A stretch of DNA of 64,000 bases from the human T2T-CHM13v2.0 reference genome, Homo sapiens: assembly GCF_009914755.1 (NCBI RefSeq), contig NC_060935.1, one strand, 5' to 3'. Positions within the stretch are counted from its first letter, which is position 1. Each line of letters starts with the position of its first letter. The notes under the pieces were generated by a model. It did no database searches. It saw nothing but the letters and a program-made list of their open reading frames with translations, and had not been told where the DNA came from. The translations under genes and the position numbers were made by a program. Shown here piece by piece: positions 14,768 through 28,105 of the stretch.

Positions 14768-15688
14768 ACTCAAACAAAGTTACATGAAAAAAACAACAAC
14801 CCCATCAATAAGTGGGTGAAGGATATGAACAGACACTTCTCAAAAGAAGACATTTATGCAGCCAAAAAACACATGAAAAAATGCTCATCATCACTGGCCA
14901 TCAGAGAAATGCAAATCAAAACCACAATGAGATACCATCTCACACCAGTTAGAATGGTGATCATTAAAAAGTCAGGAAACAACAGGTGCTGGAGAGGATG
15001 TGGAGAAATAGGAACACTTTTACACTGTTGGTGGGACTGTAAACTAGTTCAACCATTGTGGAAGTCAGTGTGGCGATTCCTCAGGGATCTAGAACTAGAA
15101 ATACCATTTGACCCAGTCATCCCATTACTAGGATTATAAATCATGCTGCTATAAAGACACATGCACACGTATGTTTATTGCGACACTATTCACAATAGCA
15201 AAGACTTGGAACCAACCCAAATGTCCAACAATGATAGACTGGATTAAGAAAATGTGGTACATATACACCATGGAATACTATGCAGCCATAAAAAAGATGA
15301 GTTCGTGTCCTTTGTAGGGACATGGATGAAGATGGAAACCATCATTCTCAGCAAACTATCGCAAGGACAAAAAACCAAACACCACATGTTCTCACTCATA
15401 GATGGGAATTGAACAATGAGAACACATTGACAGAGGAAGGGGAACATCACACCCCAGGGCCTGTTGTGGGGTGGGGGGAGGGGGGAGGGATAGCATTAGG
15501 GGATATACCTAATGTAAATGACAAGTTAATGGGTGCAGCACACCAACATGGCACATGTATACATATGTAACAAACCTGCACATTGTGCACATGTACCCTA
15601 AAACTTAAAGTATAATTTAAAAAAGAATAAAATAGATAAATAGATAAAAAAAGAAAGATGAAATAGATAAAACATGGAAAAAAAAAAC
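14768..15688 (+). mobile_element. 5'-truncated L1PA4/L1PA5-like insertion with TSD
   Basis: ORF2 zinc knuckle [18 protein letters not shown] and 3'UTR; TSD ACTTTCTTCTTTTCAC (14754-14769) / ACTTCCTTCTTTTCAC (15689-15704). Confidence 0.95.
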
Positions 15689-16011
15689 ACTTCCTTCTTT
15701 TCACAGAAGACATACACCTATTCATTTTCAAGACTAACTCCACCTGTGTCCTTGACTGCATTCCAGCTCACCTTTTCTAGGAACTCACTTGGTACTTTTT
15801 TCTCACTATCTTTTCTATCATCAGTCTCATTTTTGTGTGTATTTAAGCAATTTCCCTACAGGTTTCAAACATATGTAAACTTCTCTATTTCATAAAAGTT
15901 CTGCCACCACCATCAACACAATGACAGCAGCATTACATTTTATTCTTCCATTCAGAATCAAACTTCTCTAATAAAATAATTTATGCCCACTGTCTTCCCT
16001 CTCTCCCTGCC

Positions 16012-16323
<312 letters not shown>

Positions 16324-17589
16324 TAAATATTTATTAAAGGTCTATCTTATGCACTAGAGATACAATCATACAAAATAAATAAGACACAGACTATATACTC
16401 AACGAGCACAGAGTCTGATAACAATAAGATACATTTTAAAATAAAAGTTTGTGCTTTTATAGCCATAAAATTAGTTCTATTTACAAACTAAAATGTAGAG
16501 TCTTTGCTTGGATATTTAAGACAATAGCAGGCCACATTGGATCTACCTCTCCAACTCTGTCTTTAATAAAGCACTTGCAATCAGGATCAGTAGAAGGATT
16601 GGAACTGGAATTTGAATCCAGATCTGATCCCAAAGTCTTTTCTACTAGTATAAAGGAGAGAAAGGAGTCAGCAATGATTCTGGAGCTTCTTTTCTGATTG
16701 ACTTAGAGGACAGTGATGTTGTTAATGAAGTGAATGAATAAATGAATGGAGGATCAAAGCAGATTAAAAAAAAGGTAGAAAAAAATCAGAAAAGATAAAC
16801 AGGTGTCCAAGATGAGGAAAATACCACTAAAAACACGGAGAGAAAGAGGTGGACACGGAACATGAGGATAGGGAGGAAAGGAAGGAAGACAAGCAAAATA
16901 ATAAAAATGAGAGAAGGTGGTTGTTCACCAAACATCCACAACCAAAAAATTCTGAATTCAATAAATTTTCATTTGAAGGAATATCTCAAGAAAAACTTCA
17001 AGTGTCTTTCTTAACAGAGAATACATACAGTACTGTCTGGCATAATTCACTGGAGTGAGTAAGATTAAACCCAGGGAACTTAGCTAGGCCAGCCCGGGAG
17101 AAGCAGCAGCGACACATCCATTTCAGACTCCAGCAAAAGAGTAACCAAGTCATGGGAATTTTCCCTCAATTGCCCAGATATCATTTTATTATGATTCTAT
17201 TACTTTCTAGCTTTATAACTATGAATGATTGCAAAACCATCAGTGTAAATTGGCACTTATTTTATTACTAGAAAAAGTAACTCACATTCTAAGTTTCTCA
17301 TTAAAAAGCTTTTGATAACAAAGGAAAAATATAATCAAAGATAAGAACATAAACACAATGAATCTGGAATCACTTAATTCTCAACTGTAAGTACACATCT
17401 TATAGGAATCTCATGAGATTGAGCTAATACATATAAAGCAATTGTAAGTACTGGAAAGTAGTTACATATTGTTATTCTGAAATAGTTTTCTATGTCCAAA
17501 AGATGGACACTAGTTTAAGGCCTTATTACATCTATTAGGGTTGGTATTCTTATTTAAACCTCCATTCTTTAACAAAATGTACTAACCCT

Positions 17590-17888
17590 CAGATTTTATA
17601 ACCTACCCATCCTATGGGGCACTCTGTCATTGGAATGATCCCTCACAGTTGTCCTGAATGGAGAAAAGACAATGGGACTTTGTACTTTTTCTTTGATCAG
17701 TCTTTGCGCACAGATAGTTCCCACAGAGAGGCTGTGATCTTGGACGAAGATGCTCTATTACACTGAGGCCAGTTCTCAGAGAGGAGCCAGATGAGAAATA
17801 TCTGCCACCAATAATCCCAGAAGCTGGGAGAGTTAGGGGTTCAGTTCTGAAAAAGAACTCTAAGTGACTCACCACAGGATCCACTATC
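17590..17888 (-). mobile_element. ERVL LTR16 (LTR16C-like) fragment
   Basis: Reverse complement TAGTGGATCCTGTGGTG...CCCAGCTTCTGGGA...CCAAGATCAC...GGACAACTGTGAGGG parallels the LTR16 pieces at 22342 and 27979. Confidence 0.65.
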
Positions 17889-18744
17889 ACACAAAGGGCC
17901 CATTTGCAGGGTTCCTTAGAAGTGAGAAGGTAAAGAAAATATGTTTTACTTTCAGCTCTCCCCTAGGCACTTCATGCAGTACAGATACCAAGGCTCAGGC
18001 AATATCTATTGAAGATAAATCAGCACAACCTTAGGCTGTGATCCCTTTCACTATCTGAGGATAATGAAAGGTTCCTTTGTAGGAACTGGCCTCTTCTACA
18101 GCATTAAGATGGCATTAGTCTCATCAAGTTCTGGTATTCCTGTTTATTATTCCCATTGCATCCAACTTCCACAATTCACAGATGTTTTCTGTACCATTCC
18201 TAAATTCTAATAGCAACATCATCCAATAAGAAATGTTTACAGGCATTTTCTTTATATTAATGCTCCATTAGCCCATGATATATCTAGATCAGCAGGGTTG
18301 AAGGTGGATATCCTAGGAGCTCAGGTGTGGCCACACTGATATAATCAAAATGATCTCAGTACACAGCCCCCACGCCTGAATGGGTCCAGCTTTCTTCCAG
18401 TGTAAGCTGTCATCTGGTATCTGCTACTTCAGTCCTGTACACGTCTAATGTAATGTGATCATTTCTTATCATATAACCCACCAAATTCAAGAACATTCTG
18501 ATACCACAGATCTTCCAATATGTCTCAGTTTAATAAAATAGCAAGATTTTTACAACCCAGCTATTTATTCTTATGAACTTTTTTTTTTACATATTTGACA
18601 GTCTATTTTTGCAAAAGACACTTTACAAAATCAAGGCAGCTTTGAGAAGAAACGGTGGCAGTTCAAACTCCCTAGAACATGTGGAAAAGGAGAGATGAAC
18701 TTTGAATCTGACAGGGGGGTACAGGGGCTATGCTGGCGGGAGGC

Positions 18745-19180
18745 TGTGATGGTTAATTTTATGTGTCAACTTCACTAGGTCACAGGATGCACAAAGGGCT
18801 GATTAAACACCATTTCTGAATACGTGTGTATGGAGGTTTACAGAAATGATTACGTTTGAATTGATGAACTGAGTAAAACCACCTGATGTGGATGAACATT
18901 ATCTAATCCTCTGAGTGCCTAAATGGAACTAAAAGGCAGAGAAGTATTGAATTCACCCTCAGTCTATCTCAGCTGAGTTGTCAATGCTTTTCTGCCCTGG
19001 TCACTCCCGGTTGTCAAGTCTTTGAACTCAGGCTGGAATCTATACCACACTCTCTTCAGCTCTCAGGTCTTGAAATTACATCCCTGGCCTTCCTGGGTCT
19101 CCAGGCTGCAGACGGCAAACTGTGGAACTTCTCAGCCTCCATCATTGCATGAACCAATACCTTATAATAAATCTCTCTTT
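18745..19180 (+). mobile_element. ERVL solo LTR, MLT2 family
   Basis: Starts TGTGATGGTTAATTTTATGTGTCAACTT; ends GGAACTTCTCAGCCTCCAT...ATAATAAATCTCTCT. Confidence 0.88.
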
Positions 19181-20159
19181 AGGGAAATGGAAAATCTTTT
19201 ATATCATTACTTAAGAATTAGAAAGTACATTTGTGCACCTGAAGGAAGTTTCTGATTATTCAGAAATAAGCAATGCAGTTTCTTTCCTAGTGCTACATAA
19301 CTGAAGATTGATGAGAAGTTTCATTCCAGTTTTTGTTTGTGCATCTATGCCCAGTTTGGACAGAATTGCAGGTACTATACTTAAAATCTTTTTTCTCATC
19401 ATTTACATTTTTTGGAGGAAAAATCCATGTGTTGCAAGGATCACGAAACAAAGGAGAGAAAAACAACTTCACAGACCAGAAGTTCTTCAATACCATGTTT
19501 AATGGCTCTACATTTCAATTTTGTTCTGTCCTCTCAAATACATTTTATGAGGCTGTGCTGTTATGTGTGAATGATGGTATAACATCAGAAAAAGAAATAT
19601 ATATCTTATTATGTTTTATTTTACATAATTGAACCATGTACGATAGCATTGTTTCAGAAATAAAGACAAATGATTTAACTTTTTAATTAAGCTTTAAAAC
19701 CCCTAATTAAATGCCTAAATCACAAAGAACCATTTCAGTCTAAATTGTCTTTAGTTTGCCGTGTGTGGATTTTCCTATTGCATGGTGACTGCCAGAGAAA
19801 GTAACAAAGAGCTATAAATCAAATTCACACTTGGTAATTGGTACCATTAATGTATCTTTCATTATCCAGCAAGACAAAAACAGAATGTGTAATGCTCCAG
19901 GTATGACATAAACTGACTTATATTGTCTGCCAGTGCTTTCTCTTACACTTGAAACTGGAAGTCTATTGGGCAATATATGCCTGTGTAACTGGTGGCCTGG
20001 AAAACTTGTCAGGACATGACCAAATGGCTGATTGGGTCTACATGGATCCGGATACAGTATCTGAAGATATTTTTTTAAACATGCAATTTTGGGAACAACC
20101 AACTTGGTTCAGAAGACTCATGAGTACCCACATTTATGTTCTATGCCAGAACACTTAGC

Positions 20160-20385
20160 CTTATACACACCTTCTTGCATTTAACTGCATATCAGTCCTT
20201 TGAATCAGACAGAAATGGGGATGTACAGGGGCAGTACAGACACCAAGGCCCAGGCAATATCTATTGAAGCATTAGACAGAATTTTTGTCTAGTTGAAAAA
20301 ACTAAAGCTCAGAGAGATTAAGTAACCCATTTAACGCGATTCAAGTAGAAAGTGGCAGAACAAGGATTTAGAGTCAGGTTCTCAA
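20160..20385 (-). mobile_element. MIR fragment carrying a templated insertion
   Basis: Antisense MIR core GAAAAAACTAAAGCTCAGAGAGATTAAGTAAC...AAGTGGCAGAACAAGGATTT. Confidence 0.7.
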
Positions 20386-20424
20386 ACCAAATTGTTCAGT
20401 AAGACATCCTTATCTGTAAGAAGA

Positions 20425-21070
20425 ATGTAAGTGAAAGCCATACTGAGATACCACTACACAACTATTAGAATTGGTACAATTAAAATACACTACCAAGTGA
20501 TGGCAAAGTACATGACAACTAGAACTCCCACTCATTGCTGGAGCCAGGGGCAGTGTGCAAAATGGTATAGCCACTTTGGAAAGCAGTTGGGCAGTTTCTT
20601 ATAAAATTAAGTATACCTTTACCATATAACCCAGCAAGTCCATCCCTAGGCACTTATCCAAGTAAATTAAAACATATTTTCATGAAAATTCCATACACAA
20701 ATATTTATATTACCTTTATTCCTAATCACCAAAAACTAGAAACAACTCAATTATCCTTCAACTGGTGAACAAACTGGGGTCTATTCATGGAATGGAATTC
20801 TACTCAGCAATAAAAAAATGAACTACTGATATGTGCAATAACATGGATGAATCTCAAACATATTTTGTTAAGTGAGAGAAACCAGGCTTGAAAATCTGCG
20901 TATTCGTGATTTCTTTTATATGACATTCTAGGGAGAGGCAAAACAGGCAAAAAAGAGGGACAGACAAGAAGTCAGTGTTTGCCAGGATCTAGACATGTGG
21001 AGAGCAGTTGACCACAGAGGGACATGGGGAAATTTTGGAGGTGATGGACCTATTCTACATCTTGATTTCA
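20425..21070 (+). mobile_element. Old L1M (L1MC/L1ME-like) 3' fragment
   Basis: GAGATACCACTACAC...CCACTTTGGAAAGCAG...ACATGGATGAATCTCAAAC motifs. Confidence 0.8.
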
Positions 21071-21173
21071 TGAAAAAGAAAGGGGCATAGATTCAGGATT
21101 ATTTTGGTACACCAGATGATTCTGATACAAAGCCAAATTTGAAGAGTTTAGTGAACTAAAGCAGTCATTTTCT

Positions 21174-21466
21174 TTTTTTTTTTTTTATTTTAAGTTCTGG
21201 TATACATGTGCAGAATATGCAGGTTTGTTCCATAGGTATACCTGTGCCATGGTAGTTTGCTGCACCCATCAACCCATCATCTAGGTATTAAGCCCCGTGT
21301 GCATTAGTTATTTGTCCTAATGCTCTCCCTCCCATTGCCCTCCACCCCATGAAAGGCCCTGGTCTGTGTTGATCCCCTCCCTGTGTCCATGTGTTCTCAT
21401 TGCTCAACTCCCACTTTTGAGTGAGAACACGTAGTGTTTAGTTATCTGTTCCTGTGTTAGTTTGCT
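21174..21466 (-). mobile_element. 5'-truncated L1PA8-like 3' end
   Basis: Poly-T then TTTTAAGTTCTGG...TCTAGGTATTAAGCCCC...; the only antisense L1 I found in the window. Confidence 0.9.
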
Positions 21467-21960
21467 TTTTCAAATTCAGTATTTCCTCACTTTGGTATGT
21501 TCAGACCAGGTGTCACAATTAATGGATTACTACTAATAATTTAAGAAATTTGGAAATAATTAATATTTTTAAATAGTTGATTATTGTTATACTTAAAGAT
21601 GACTCAAAGTTAATTCAAAATAATCTCTTCTTGTTGTTTGCTTACTTGCCTTCAGAAAAGCTCTTTTGGCTATAATAGAGAGAAAAAGGTAGAGTTGTAG
21701 TTGGTGGTCATACTCCAGGAAATCTGGATTTGATGGACATGCTTGTAACCGCTGTGCTATGCTGAGTGGCCCCTTTCACAAGAGCTGGATGACAGTAACT
21801 AAATCCGTACTATTACATGTAATCATAGCTGTCTACAACCTGGAAAAGGTCTTGCAACTCTTTTAAATCCTTTCACTTTGTTTTATCTAGACTACATGTG
21901 GTTTGGAAAAGCAATGACATGTACATGTAGTAGGAAGGTATATGAAGCATTTCTATTTAT

Positions 21961-21962
<2 letters not shown>

Positions 21963-22005
<43 letters not shown>
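21963..22005. repeat. (GT)21 microsatellite
   Basis: Perfect dinucleotide run. Confidence 0.98.
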
Positions 22006-22007
<2 letters not shown>

Positions 22008-22341
22008 GGGTAAGAATCACAATATGTCTTCTGAAAATAGAAAAAAACAATTTGTCTATTTCAATTGTACTCACTTTTAACCCCTGCACAATTCTAGTGA
22101 ATAAAACTGACTGATGTTTGAAACAAAATAGTTCTAAAAAGACAATTTAATACATTTCAAAAACACTGAGACACAAAGTAATGGCTAAAATAAACCGAAA
22201 GAGGAATGTAAACCAAAACTAGAAGTTTTCTTGTGATCCAAAGTAAAAATATTTAAATTCCCAGCTGAGGAATATAGGGTATCCTCCCTAAAGAGAGTAC
22301 TCAAACTTAATTATGCATAAGAATTATTAAAAGAACCGATT

Positions 22342-22495
22342 TGTAGCATATGCTGTGGTATATTGCCCAGATCCCACCTACAAGACCAATGCATTCTTTC
22401 TTCCAGCTGCTGGTAGTACTGGCTGCTGAAAACACACAGCTGAAAATGCCAGGCATTCCTTCCACCAAAGGGAGTTTCCTGACCCAAGGTTACAA
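22342..22495 (+). mobile_element. LTR16C-like 5' LTR fragment of an ERVL provirus
   Basis: TGTAGCATATGCTGTGGT...GCCCAGATCCC...CCAGCTGCTGG...CCCAAGGTTAC. Confidence 0.7.
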
Positions 22496-22499
22496 ACTT

Positions 22500-25400
22500 G
22501 GATGCTAGCAAATGACTGCAACCTAATGCAAACTCAACAAGTAGTAGTCCCAATTGCAGTTGCTTTGCCAAATGTGGTATTTCTGCTACAGAATATTAGC
22601 ATAGCCACCTTTGATTTGGCAAATGAAATCTTTTCCATTCCTATCAAAATAGAGTATCAGAGGCACTCTGCATTCTCATGAGATGAATAACAGTTTACTT
22701 TAAGTTACTGCCCAAGGGCTATGTTAACTCTCCCATCTTCCATCACAGTGTAATTCAAACAGACCTGGACCATATGAACATTCCACAGAACCATTAATTG
22801 GTGCATTATATTCATGAGATCATAGTAATTGGATCAGATGAGCAAGAAGTGGCATGTATGATTGATCCCTTGATAAGAAATATTCACTCCAGAATGAAGA
22901 AGATAAACTACAAAGATTTAGGGGCCCACCACACCCATGAAGTTTCCAGGGGTCCAGTGATCTGAGACATGCTTCAAGAATAAAGGAAAAATTATTGCAC
23001 CTCAGAATTTTCATCATCAGGCAAGTGATACACAAATGTTTAATCATCTCTCAGGGCTCTGCATGTTCTGAAGACAGCATATTTGACATTTGGGAATACC
23101 GTTCTGACCCATCTGACTGATTTGTGCTTCTGACACAGAAGCAAACAACTTTGAATTGGACTCAGAGCAAGAAATAGTTAAGCATCAGGCCTAGGCTGTG
23201 GTAAAAACAGTCCTGCTACATGGAACACAATTCATCTCAGAGCCTATGGCACTAGAGGTATCTATAATGAGAAAAAAATGCTATGTGAAGCTTATGGCAA
23301 GATCCAGCAGAAGAATCACAATACAGACCCTCTAGGGATCTGGTACAAGACCATGCCACCTGCAGCAAAGAAGTATACACCTTTCAACAACATCTGGCAT
23401 GTTACTGGACCTAGTGGATATGTAGTATATGACCTTAAGAAATCAAGAGATCATGGTCTTAGAACTGTCCGTCGTAAGTTGTACACAGTTAGATTTACCA
23501 AGTTATAGGTTAATGCAATAACAATACATCTTTAGAGAAAACACGTCATTAGAACTGTCATGAATGAGATTAGAGGGTGCAAGTAAGCTGTGCAAGCAAG
23601 GGATTCAGACTTTCATGTCATCCCCACTTTTATTTGTGCCTCTCCATCAGCTCACACCTGTTGCTGGGGTGAAGTTGGAGAAGGAGCCTATATGATCAGC
23701 TTTTTCTTTATGGAGAAGGAAAAATACTGAGCTTGGTTCACAAATTGCTTCTTCTACTTGGTTCACATACTGACTTCTGAGAAGTCAGTATGTGTGTGCA
23801 CGCCACAGATGCACAGCTAAGCTGCTGCATTATAACCCCACTCAGGGATGGCCTTAAAGATAGCAGTGATGGATCATCTCTCAATAAGGAGACTTTGGGA
23901 ATGTGCCTAGTCAGTCATTTTGTTGAAAGAAATGTGGTCATGGAAAGAATATAAATGAACTCACGAGCGGTGGTGAACGGCTTGACTGGTTGATCAGGGA
24001 CCTAGAAAGAAAAATATTTGAGTATCAGAGAGAAGTCTAGAAGAACCTATAAAAGTGGGCACAAAAGTGTGATAATCATTGTATTTCATAGAACTGCCCA
24101 CCAGAGAGCCTCCAATCAAGTACACAACAATGGAAAACAGACAACAATTAAGTAGACCAAATAAGTCAACCAGCTGACATCAGCCAGACTCTATCATCAG
24201 CTACCCTACGGCCATTGTTAAAGGAATGGAGATAATGGAGACCACAAGCTCAGTATCATTATTTCTCTTTCATCAAGGCTTGATCTAGCTACAGGCATTG
24301 CTAAATGTCTCTCCGGTGAGAAACAGAACCCAACATTGAGGCCCTGATATGGCACCATCTCTTACAGAGACTGACTAACCTCTTGATTGCAAGTTGATTA
24401 AACCGGACTCTTTATACTCTAAGGAGCAGCAATTTATGTTTGTCTTAGTCTGTTTAATGTTGCTATAAAGGAATATCTGAGGCTGGGTAATTTATAAAGA
24501 AAAGAGGGTTATTTGGCTTACAGTTCTTCCGGCTCTGCAAGAAAAATGACACGAGCAGCTGCTTCTGGTGAGGGCCTTAGGCTGCTTCCACTCTGGGCAG
24601 AAGGTGAAGAGGAGCCGAGGTATGCAGAGATCACATGGCAAGAGAGGAAGCAATAGAGAGTGAGAGGGAAGGTTCCAGGCTCTTTTTAACAACCAGATTT
24701 CACAGGAACCAATACAGTGAGAAATCACTCACCTCCCCTCCACCAGGGAGGACATTAGTCTATTTATGAGGAATTTGCCTCCATGATGCAAACACTTCCC
24801 ACTAGGCACCACTTCAAACATTGGGGATCAAATTTTAACACAAGGTATGGGGGATGCAAGCATTCAAACTTACAGCATTCTGCCCCTGGTCCCCAAAATT
24901 TCATATCTTTCTCACATTGCAAAATACCATTGTCCTCTCCCAATAGTCCCAAGAATATTAATTTGTTTTGGCACAAACTTAAATTCCAAAGTCTCATCTG
25001 AGACTCAAGGCAACTTTCTTAAAGCTGTGAGTTTGTAAAATCAAAGTCAAGTTATTTACTTCCAAGGCACAATTGTGGTTCAGGCATTGGGTAAACTTTC
25101 CCATTCCAAAAGGAAGAAATAGACCTAAAGAAAGGGGGACTTGCCTCACGCAACCCAAAACACAGCAGAATAGACATTAAATCTTAAATCTGCAAAATAA
25201 TCTCCCTTGACTTCATGTCCTACATTCTAGGCACACTGGTGCCAGAGTGGGCTCCCAAGACCTTGGGCAGCCCCAACCCCATGGCTTTTCTGGGTATAGC
25301 CCATGTGACTGTTGTAATGGTTTGGAGTCCAATGCCTGCAGCTTTTCCAGGCTGAGGCTGCAGACAGCCAGTGGCTCTATAATTCTAGGGTCTGCAGGGT

Positions 25401-27978
25401 GACACCTGTACTCCCATGACTCCACTAGGCACTGGCATCATAGAGGCTCTCTGCAGTGTCTTCACCCCTGCATCAGACTTCTGCCTGGGTACTCAATATA
25501 TTCCTGAAATCTAGGTGGAAGCTGCCAAGCCTCCATGGCTTTTGCGTCCTTGGCCCCTGCAGTCTTAATATCATGCAGATGCTGCAAAGGCTTATGGCTT
25601 AGGCCCTTCAGAGCAGTAACCTGAGCAGTACTTTTGGCCATTTGAGCCTTGGCTGGTCGTGGAGCAGCTGGGATGCAGGAAGCAGCATCCCAAGGTGGCT
25701 CAGGGCAGTGGTACTGTGGGCTGTTCCCCTGAAACGATTCTGTTCTCCTGTGCCTCTGGGCCTATGATGGGAGATGCTGCCTCAAAGATCTCTGAAATGT
25801 TTTCAAGGCTTTTTTTCCCATTATTCTGACTATTTGCACCTTGCTTCCTTTTAGTCATGTTAATCTATTCCGCAAGTGGTTGCTCCATAACACTCTTAGA
25901 TTCCTCTCTCTTGAAAATGCTCTCTCCTTCTCTAATACATCCAGGTTGTGAATTTTCCAAATACTTAACACTCTGCTTCCTTTTAAATTATAAATTCCAC
26001 CTTTAGATTATTCCTCTGCTGCAGCATCTGTATCTGATTATAAGCTCTTAAAAGCAGCCATGCCACCTCTTGAATGCTTTACTGCTTAAAAATTTCTTCC
26101 ACCAGATAATCCTGGTCATCAGTCTTAATTTCAGCTTTCCACAAAGCCCTAGGTCACAGACACAAGGCAATCAAGGTCTTTATTAAGGGGTAACATGAGT
26201 GACCTTTGCTCTAGTTCTCAATCATTTTCTCATTTTCATCTGAGACTTCCTCGGCATGGAGTTTACTGCGTATATTCTATCAACATTTTGATTCTAACCA
26301 GTGACCAGACTGGTCATAACCAGTTTCTAAAAAGTTCCAAACTTTCCTTCATATTCCCATCTTCTTCTGAGTCCTCTAGACTCTTAAAACATCTGCCCAT
26401 TACCCAGTTCCAATGTATCTTTCATATTTTCAGGTATCTTTATAGCAACACCCAACTTCTCAGTGCCAATTTTCTGTCTTAGTCCATTCAGTATTGCTAT
26501 AAGGGAATACCTGAGGCAGGGTAATTTATTTTTTGTTTAAAGTGGTTGGGGATTTCTGTTAATAGCTATCTAGGCTATACAAGAAGCATAATGCCAGAAG
26601 CATAATGCCAGCACCAGGCTGCCTCCTGTCATGGCAGAAGGTGAGGGGAGCCAAAGTATGCACAGATCACATGGCAAAAAGGAAGCAAGAGAGAGTGAAA
26701 GGGGAAATGCCAGGTTCTTTTTAACAACCAGCTCTTGTGGGAACTAATAGAGTGAGAACTCACCCTTTACAGAGAGGGCATTTAGTCTATTCATGAAGGG
26801 TCCACTCCTATAACCAAAACACCTCCCACTGGGCACCAACTCCAACATTGGGGACCAAATTTCAACACAAGATTTTTGGGGGAATAAACATTCAAACTAC
26901 GGCAATCTTAAATGGAAATGACCATACTTAGGTATGAATTTGCCTATCATGCCAGCAATACCTCAGCCAAACCCACTATATGTTGGCTTATAGAGTTTAA
27001 GAACCAGCAGCATGATTTTCTGCAAAATACTGCCTCAGACTATTGAACTCACTTTGAAGCAGAGGAGATATAGCAGTGGGCACATAATGATGAGATCTAC
27101 TGGCACTTCCATGTTACTCAATGGCTATCAGCCTGAGAGAGTGGTAAAGGAGTTTTTTAAGATGAAACTGAGATATCAGCTTGAAGATGCAACGCTGAGA
27201 GGCACCATTCTTTATAGGGCAAAATATATCCTAAATAAATCCCTATTGTATGGTACTGCATCCTCACTAAGTAGAATACACAGACCTAGGAACCAAAGGA
27301 TAGAAGTCAAAGTATCATCACTTCTTGACCTACAACTTTAAGTTCTGTAATTCTAGAGGACATGGTTTCCCAGAATAGGAAAGCTTCCAATAGATGACAC
27401 AGTAAAAGTCCTATTGAACTTTAAGGAATGGCTGATGCCCAGTCATTATTTCAGTTTCCTCACCACAGATAACAGGTTACAAGGAAAAGAATGACCATAT
27501 CTGCAGGTGCAATCAACCCTGATCCTCAGGAAGAGGCAAGGATGCTATTACACAATGGCCACAGGAAGGAATACATCTGGCACCCAGGTGATCTATCAGG
27601 GTCCCTGTTGGTATTTGCCTTCCCAATTCTGTTGGTAAATGAATAAGTGCAACAACAACAGTCTAAGAAAAACATACTTACAGAGACTCACACCCCTTTG
27701 GGATGAGGGTTTGGTTTATTCAAACAAGCAATCCTCCTAGACCAGCAAAGCTACTAGCCAAAATAAGAGGAATCTAGAGTAGATGATAGAGGAGGGAGAA
27801 AATGAGTACTCATTGCATCTCAAGAGTAGTTTCAGTAACTGGGACTATAATTTATCTTACTACCTTCCTCTCAAAAGTTTCTCCAGAACACAGACCACTC
27901 AGAATCCTAGGCAGATTTTACCAATGAGATGAACTTGCTGATTGAAACAAGTATACCCAACTAGTGCAAGGGATGGAC
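22500..27978 (+). mobile_element. ERVL internal region (HERV16/ERVL-like pol: RT, RNase H and integrase remnants), interrupted by an MST provirus
   Basis: LPKGYVNSP at 22708-22734 and VHYIHEIIVIGSDEQEV at 22801-22851 match ERVL RT LPQGYINSP and VHYIDDIMLIG; integrase-like P*YGTI and LQVD remnants at 24340-24400 continue after 26905; GGATGGAC precedes the 3' LTR. Confidence 0.85.
24441..26904 (-). mobile_element. Complete MaLR provirus, MSTB-like (LTRs 24441-24877 and 26475-26904, internal 24878-26474)
   Basis: Two homologous LTRs (TGTCTTAGTC...CAAACT...GCA) around MaLR internal sequence; 5-bp TSD ATGTT/ATCTT. Confidence 0.93.
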
Positions 27979-28105
27979 TATAGTGGTTGCTTCAGACAGA
28001 AGCACTCATTCCTCCAGCTATGGGGTATGTTAACTACTGATGTGGATGATTACAATTGTCTTTAGCTAAAGAAAACTGCCTAATCCAAGGTCACGCTCTC
28101 ACCTC
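27979..28105 (+). mobile_element. LTR16C-like 3' LTR fragment
   Basis: TATAGTGGTTGCT...GCACTCATTCCTCCAGCT...CCAAGGTCACGC directly after the ERVL internal region. Confidence 0.65.

Noticed and set aside
14729-15139. 136-aa ATG-initiated ORF with a Cys/His knuckle as a novel zinc-finger gene
   Set aside because: A chance flanking ATG in frame with the L1 ORF2 C-terminus of a truncated L1PA; no promoter or splice evidence
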